A stretch of DNA of 64,000 bases from an uncultured Clostridia bacterium (GTDB taxonomy: Bacteria; Bacillota; Clostridia; Christensenellales; UBA1242): NCBI GenBank assembly GCA_944381825.1, contig CALWMK010000002.1, positions 34,660 to 98,659 on the forward strand. The letters run 5' to 3'. This document shows positions 60,727 through 64,000 of this stretch, in pieces. The translations under genes were made by a program, and so were the position numbers. The notes beneath the pieces were generated by a model that did no database searches, was not told the origin of the DNA, and saw only the letters and a list, made by a program, of their open reading frames with translations. The stretch's first letter is position 1. The number at the start of each line of letters is the position of its first letter.

Positions 60727-61964
60727 ATTTGTTTAATAATTTGTTCTTCTTCGAAAAACCTAGCTGTTGAAAAGCATCTTAATTTATTTGAATTTGTGAT
60801 AATGTTTGTGTTTGAAATCTTTTTTGAATTCATTCCCATAAGTGGACAAAATGTCGAGATGATGCCACCATATTTTAAAAGTTCTTTAAACTCTGGCAAT
60901 TCTTTAAATTTTTTCAAAGTTAAAGAAGAAGTTAAAAAAAATGTTTTAATTTTAAGTTTTTTTCTTTTATTCTGTCTTAATTCCCAACCAATTTCATTTG
61001 TTAAATTAACAAGTTGATACAATGAAAGATGAGGGCAACCAATTATACATATCTTTGCTTTGGAATCTGGATTTTTCCACAAGACTTCATAATCTTGTTT
61101 AATTTTTTCAAGTTCTTGGCTATCAATGTCAACAGTTTTAATATTTGTTTTGATAATTTGTTTTTTCAGCCGTCTAACTTCAGGAGTTATTCCATTTATG
61201 TGAAAAAGCCTAATTTTCCCACAAGAAAATCCCGCAGAAAAATCTTTTAAAAAAGCTAAAGTTGGTTCATCTAAACTAGGTTTTAAAATTTTTTCAAGAC
61301 CATAAATAATGGGAATTTTCCCCTCACATTTTTTTGCTATGGTTTCGCCTAAAAGTTGTGGGTCCATTTCTTTTTTAACTTCTAATTTGATGGCAATTCC
61401 TGCCTTTCTATTTTCATCTAACAAAAGACCATAATTTAAAGTTTTTTTTAAGATACTGCAAAATAAATCAATTATTGGAGGATTCTCATTAGTTCTTGCA
61501 CCTATAACCGAATTTAAATATGTAACAGCAACCGATTCAGACCAAGCAGCAATTTCACCATAAACAATTTTATCTTTTTGTTCAAAACATCCACAAGAAA
61601 AGGAATTAACATTTAGTTTGTTTAGTTCTTCTTCCAAAGTTTCTTGTCTATTAAAAAATTTTTTATAGTTTAAATTTGCTTTTAAAATTTTTTTACCATA
61701 GGAAATGGTAAATGGTTTAGGATTTGCAATAAGTTCAATGTTAGGTTTAATACCATGTAAAGTTAATTTTTTTAAAATTGAAATTGCCCCATCAAAAGCC
61801 TTTGTGCCATAACTAAAATGCATTTGACCAATTGAAGTGGTAATTGGCACAAAATTTTTTGCACCTAATAAGGTTCCATAATCAATCAAAGTTTTTAAAA
61901 TAGTTCGCTTTGATTCACCTTGTTCACCTTTGAGAATTTGCTTTTCTTCTAAACTTAATTTCAT
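60708..61964 (-). CDS. Aconitase X catalytic subunit (DUF521)
   Basis: The track ORF starts at 62039. The likely start is the ATG at 61964 (MKLSLEEKQILKGEQGESKR...), a typical DUF521 N-terminus. Confidence 0.75.
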   Translation of the reverse strand: MKLSLEEKQILKGEQGESKRTILKTLIDYGTLLGAKNFVPITTSIGQMHFSYGTKAFDGAISILKKLTLHGIKPNIELIANPKPFTISYGKKILKANLNYKKFFNRQETLEEELNKLNVNSFSCGCFEQKDKIVYGEIAAWSESVAVTYLNSVIGARTNENPPIIDLFCSILKKTLNYGLLLDENRKAGIAIKLEVKKEMDPQLLGETIAKKCEGKIPIIYGLEKILKPSLDEPTLAFLKDFSAGFSCGKIRLFHINGITPEVRRLKKQIIKTNIKTVDIDSQELEKIKQDYEVLWKNPDSKAKICIIGCPHLSLYQLVNLTNEIGWELRQNKRKKLKIKTFFLTSSLTLKKFKELPEFKELLKYGGIISTFCPLMGMNSKKISNTNIITNSNKLRCFSTARFFEEEQIIKQICGRRG

Positions 61965-62151
61965 TTTGTTACAACCTTTTTGTTTTAAACAAATAATAAA
62001 TTTTATTTTTTCAAATTTGCAAGAATGAATTAATAACAAAAAGATTTTGAAATATATTCAAAACGTGCATTAATATAATATCATACATTAAAATTTTTGC
62101 AAAATATTTTACCCCTCTCACAAGCAGTGCACTATTATCTATATAAATTTA

Positions 62152-62444
62152 TATTATCGGAAGTTTTGTCTGCAAGCGACGGAGTCATTTGCAAGCAAAA
62201 CTGATGTTAATTCAAACAGTGATGAAGAAAAAACTTTAGTTTTTGCTTTGTTTTGTGTAAACAAAACTTAAATTTTGATGCAAGCAAAATTTAACATCAC
62301 ATAGTTTATATAATCGGAAGTTTTGTCTGAATGCGCCTTTAGACATTTCCAAACAAAACTGATGTTTATTAAAACTGTTATGAAGAAAAAACATCAGTTT
62401 TTGCTTTGTTTTGTGTAAACAGAACTTAACATCACATAGTTTTT
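62152..62444. repeat. Second array (2 units) of the 157-bp repeat family, inverted relative to 31081-31551
   Basis: Unit 62152-62308 is the reverse complement of the 31238-31394 unit with 6 mismatches in 157 (hand alignment). Unit 62309-62444 has a different 42-nt module and a clean 23-nt hairpin deletion. Confidence 0.9.
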
Positions 62445-62468
62445 AATATAATTTTAATAATTTTTATC

Positions 62469-62497
62469 TTGAAACTATAAAAAAATTGTGCTATAAT
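62469..62497 (+). promoter_or_regulatory. Near-consensus extended -10 promoter of the 382-aa gene
   Basis: TTGAAA (62469-62474), 17-nt spacer ending TGC, TATAAT (62492-62497). An AAAGAGG RBS precedes the ATG at 62526. Confidence 0.7.
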
Positions 62498-62525
62498 CAA
62501 AAAAAATAATTAAAGAGGTAATAAT

Positions 62526-63674
62526 ATGGCAAAAAGAGAGATTGTTTGGACTAGATATTTGACAATGAGAACATTGCTTAGAGCTTGGTATGTTTTTGAA
62601 AATAAGAACTTTAAAAGAGAAATTTTTTTAACTAAAGAATCTACAAAAGCCAGTTTTGCTGCATGTCATAATGCTTTATATAATGGCTTATATTATCCTG
62701 ACGAAGAGCTTGAAAACAACACTGCTCTAAGAAGGTTGAAAGAAAAAAGAGAACTTAAAAAAAATGCTACTATTGCAAATTTTATGTCGCCTCAAGAAAT
62801 TTTAATGAACATTCATGCAATGTATGACTGTGCAAATTCCATTCATGAAGTCGGCTCAAAAGCAACTAATGATGAAATATATTCTCTTTGCAAACAAAAT
62901 GGAATTAAACAAAATTACATGCAAAAACAACTTAATCCAAAATTCATTTGTAGTGAGCCAGAATCACTTGTCGAAGTTCAACCTAATTGTCAAAGATTTG
63001 TTAAAAAACTAAAGACAAATTTAAAACTTGCCAACTTTGTACCAGCAACTGTGTATAGCGAAATTAATAGTAAAACAAAACAAGAAAAATTCACTCTCGC
63101 ATTAGAAAAATACTTAAAGGCATATAACAATTTTTGTTTAACACTTGCGAAACATTCTGTTTTAAGTCAAAATGCTAGAGAAAAAACATTACAAATTATA
63201 GACAGTGGTTTTTATGCAACCAAACTTCCATTTTTTGGCGTAAGTTTTCACGCATTAACGCAAAAAGAAAATGTTGAAGAATTAATTACAAGAAAAGAAC
63301 TAGAAGCAAACACAAAAAAACTTGTTGAAATTAGCAAATTTTTGAAAAACAATTCTTTTAAAACAGTGGAACATTTTGAAAAATCTATTTTGTTAGTTGC
63401 CGAAAAATTAAGACAAAATTTTATTGACAAAAATTTGACTTATCCCGAATGCAACAAAGGTTTTTATAATGCTTTTGCTTGCGCGCTCGCCCAAACTTTT
63501 GAATATCAAGATATTAAAATAGAAGAGTTAGGGCAAAATTTTGAAGGCGAAGTTGCAAATATGATTATTAAAATAAAACAACTCAAAAAAATTCTTTTGT
63601 CATCAAAAGACATAACTGAAGTGGATAAAGCAAAAACAAAATTAAATGAAATAAATAATATTTTAAATAAATAA
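62526..63674 (+). CDS. Hypothetical protein (382 aa), predicted mostly helical
   Basis: Long ORF with a strong promoter, RBS and terminator. No family or motif I can recognise. Confidence 0.7.
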   Translation: MAKREIVWTRYLTMRTLLRAWYVFENKNFKREIFLTKESTKASFAACHNALYNGLYYPDEELENNTALRRLKEKRELKKNATIANFMSPQEILMNIHAMYDCANSIHEVGSKATNDEIYSLCKQNGIKQNYMQKQLNPKFICSEPESLVEVQPNCQRFVKKLKTNLKLANFVPATVYSEINSKTKQEKFTLALEKYLKAYNNFCLTLAKHSVLSQNAREKTLQIIDSGFYATKLPFFGVSFHALTQKENVEELITRKELEANTKKLVEISKFLKNNSFKTVEHFEKSILLVAEKLRQNFIDKNLTYPECNKGFYNAFACALAQTFEYQDIKIEELGQNFEGEVANMIIKIKQLKKILLSSKDITEVDKAKTKLNEINNILNK

Positions 63675-63703
63675 TTACATATCAAATTTAAAATATTAAT
63701 CTT

Positions 63704-63739
63704 AAAAAAACTCCATTGCATTTACAATGGAGTTTTTTT
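63704..63739. terminator. Bidirectional intrinsic terminator
   Basis: AACTCCATTG-catttа-like loop-CAATGGAGTT hairpin (63710-63733) flanked by A7 and T7, between convergent genes. Confidence 0.75.
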
Positions 63740-63744
63740 AATAA

Positions 63745-63975
63745 TTATTTTTCAACATTTCTTGGAAATAGAACGGCTTTTTCATATATAGAAGAAAAAA
63801 TCAAATAAAGCGCACTAATTCCCACCAAGCTATAAATAATTCTTGTTGCAATCATATTTGAAAAGCAGATGGCATTTACCAAGTTGTAATTAAAGATTCC
63901 AATTAGCAACCAGTTCAAGCCTCCAATCAACAAAATAATAAAAGCAATAATATTTAAAATTCTGATAGCTTTCAT
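63745..63975 (-). CDS. DUF378-family small membrane protein
   Basis: 76 aa with two TM helices and the GGLNWLLIGIFNYNLV motif typical of DUF378. Confidence 0.75.
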   Translation of the reverse strand: MKAIRILNIIAFIILLIGGLNWLLIGIFNYNLVNAICFSNMIATRIIYSLVGISALYLIFSSIYEKAVLFPRNVEK

Positions 63976-64000
63976 TTTAACCTCCTATTATTATTCTTTT

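Overview
This is an AT-rich chromosomal segment that looks like Bacillota/Clostridia and uses the standard genetic code (TGA serves as a stop). About 90% of the genes are on the minus strand. Most of it is ordinary housekeeping. Genes I can support: ftsK (partial), a PdaB-like deacetylase, hpf, ctsR-mcsA-mcsB-clpC with a textbook CtsR operator, a DivIVA-domain gene, lgt, sufC plus a sufB/D-family gene, rsfS, PFOR, eno with a sugar nucleotidyltransferase and two UgtP-like glycosyltransferases, tRNA-Lys(CUU), hisS, argS, obg, nth, a parE-parC-like type IIA topoisomerase pair, rpe-rsgA-fmt-def-priA-rpoZ, murG, smpB-ssrA (tmRNA), rnr, secG, floA-nfeD, ogg, rplU-prp-rpmA with an L21-type leader, and a two-subunit AcnX (DUF521/DUF126). 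Three things go beyond that. (1) A decayed ~4.3-kb integrative island sits in tRNA-Lys. It is bounded by 141-bp direct repeats that start at the anticodon loop. It carries a truncated tyrosine-integrase remnant and a four-gene cargo operon of unknown function (two polytopic membrane proteins, a LURP-one/Tubby-C-like protein, and a ~560-aa lipoprotein split by a frameshift). A duplicated flanking module rich in GTCTAAAA motifs and a decayed ASCH gene lie next to it. (2) A 157-bp, hairpin-rich, modular tandem repeat family, which I do not recognise, occurs at two loci in inverted orientation (31081-31551 and 62152-62444). It carries a swappable 41-nt hairpin module that keeps its fold across different sequences. 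(3) Several genes are split at homopolymer runs, which may be real decay or phase variation, or may be assembly error. I found no CRISPR array, rRNA, intact transposase or intact prophage.
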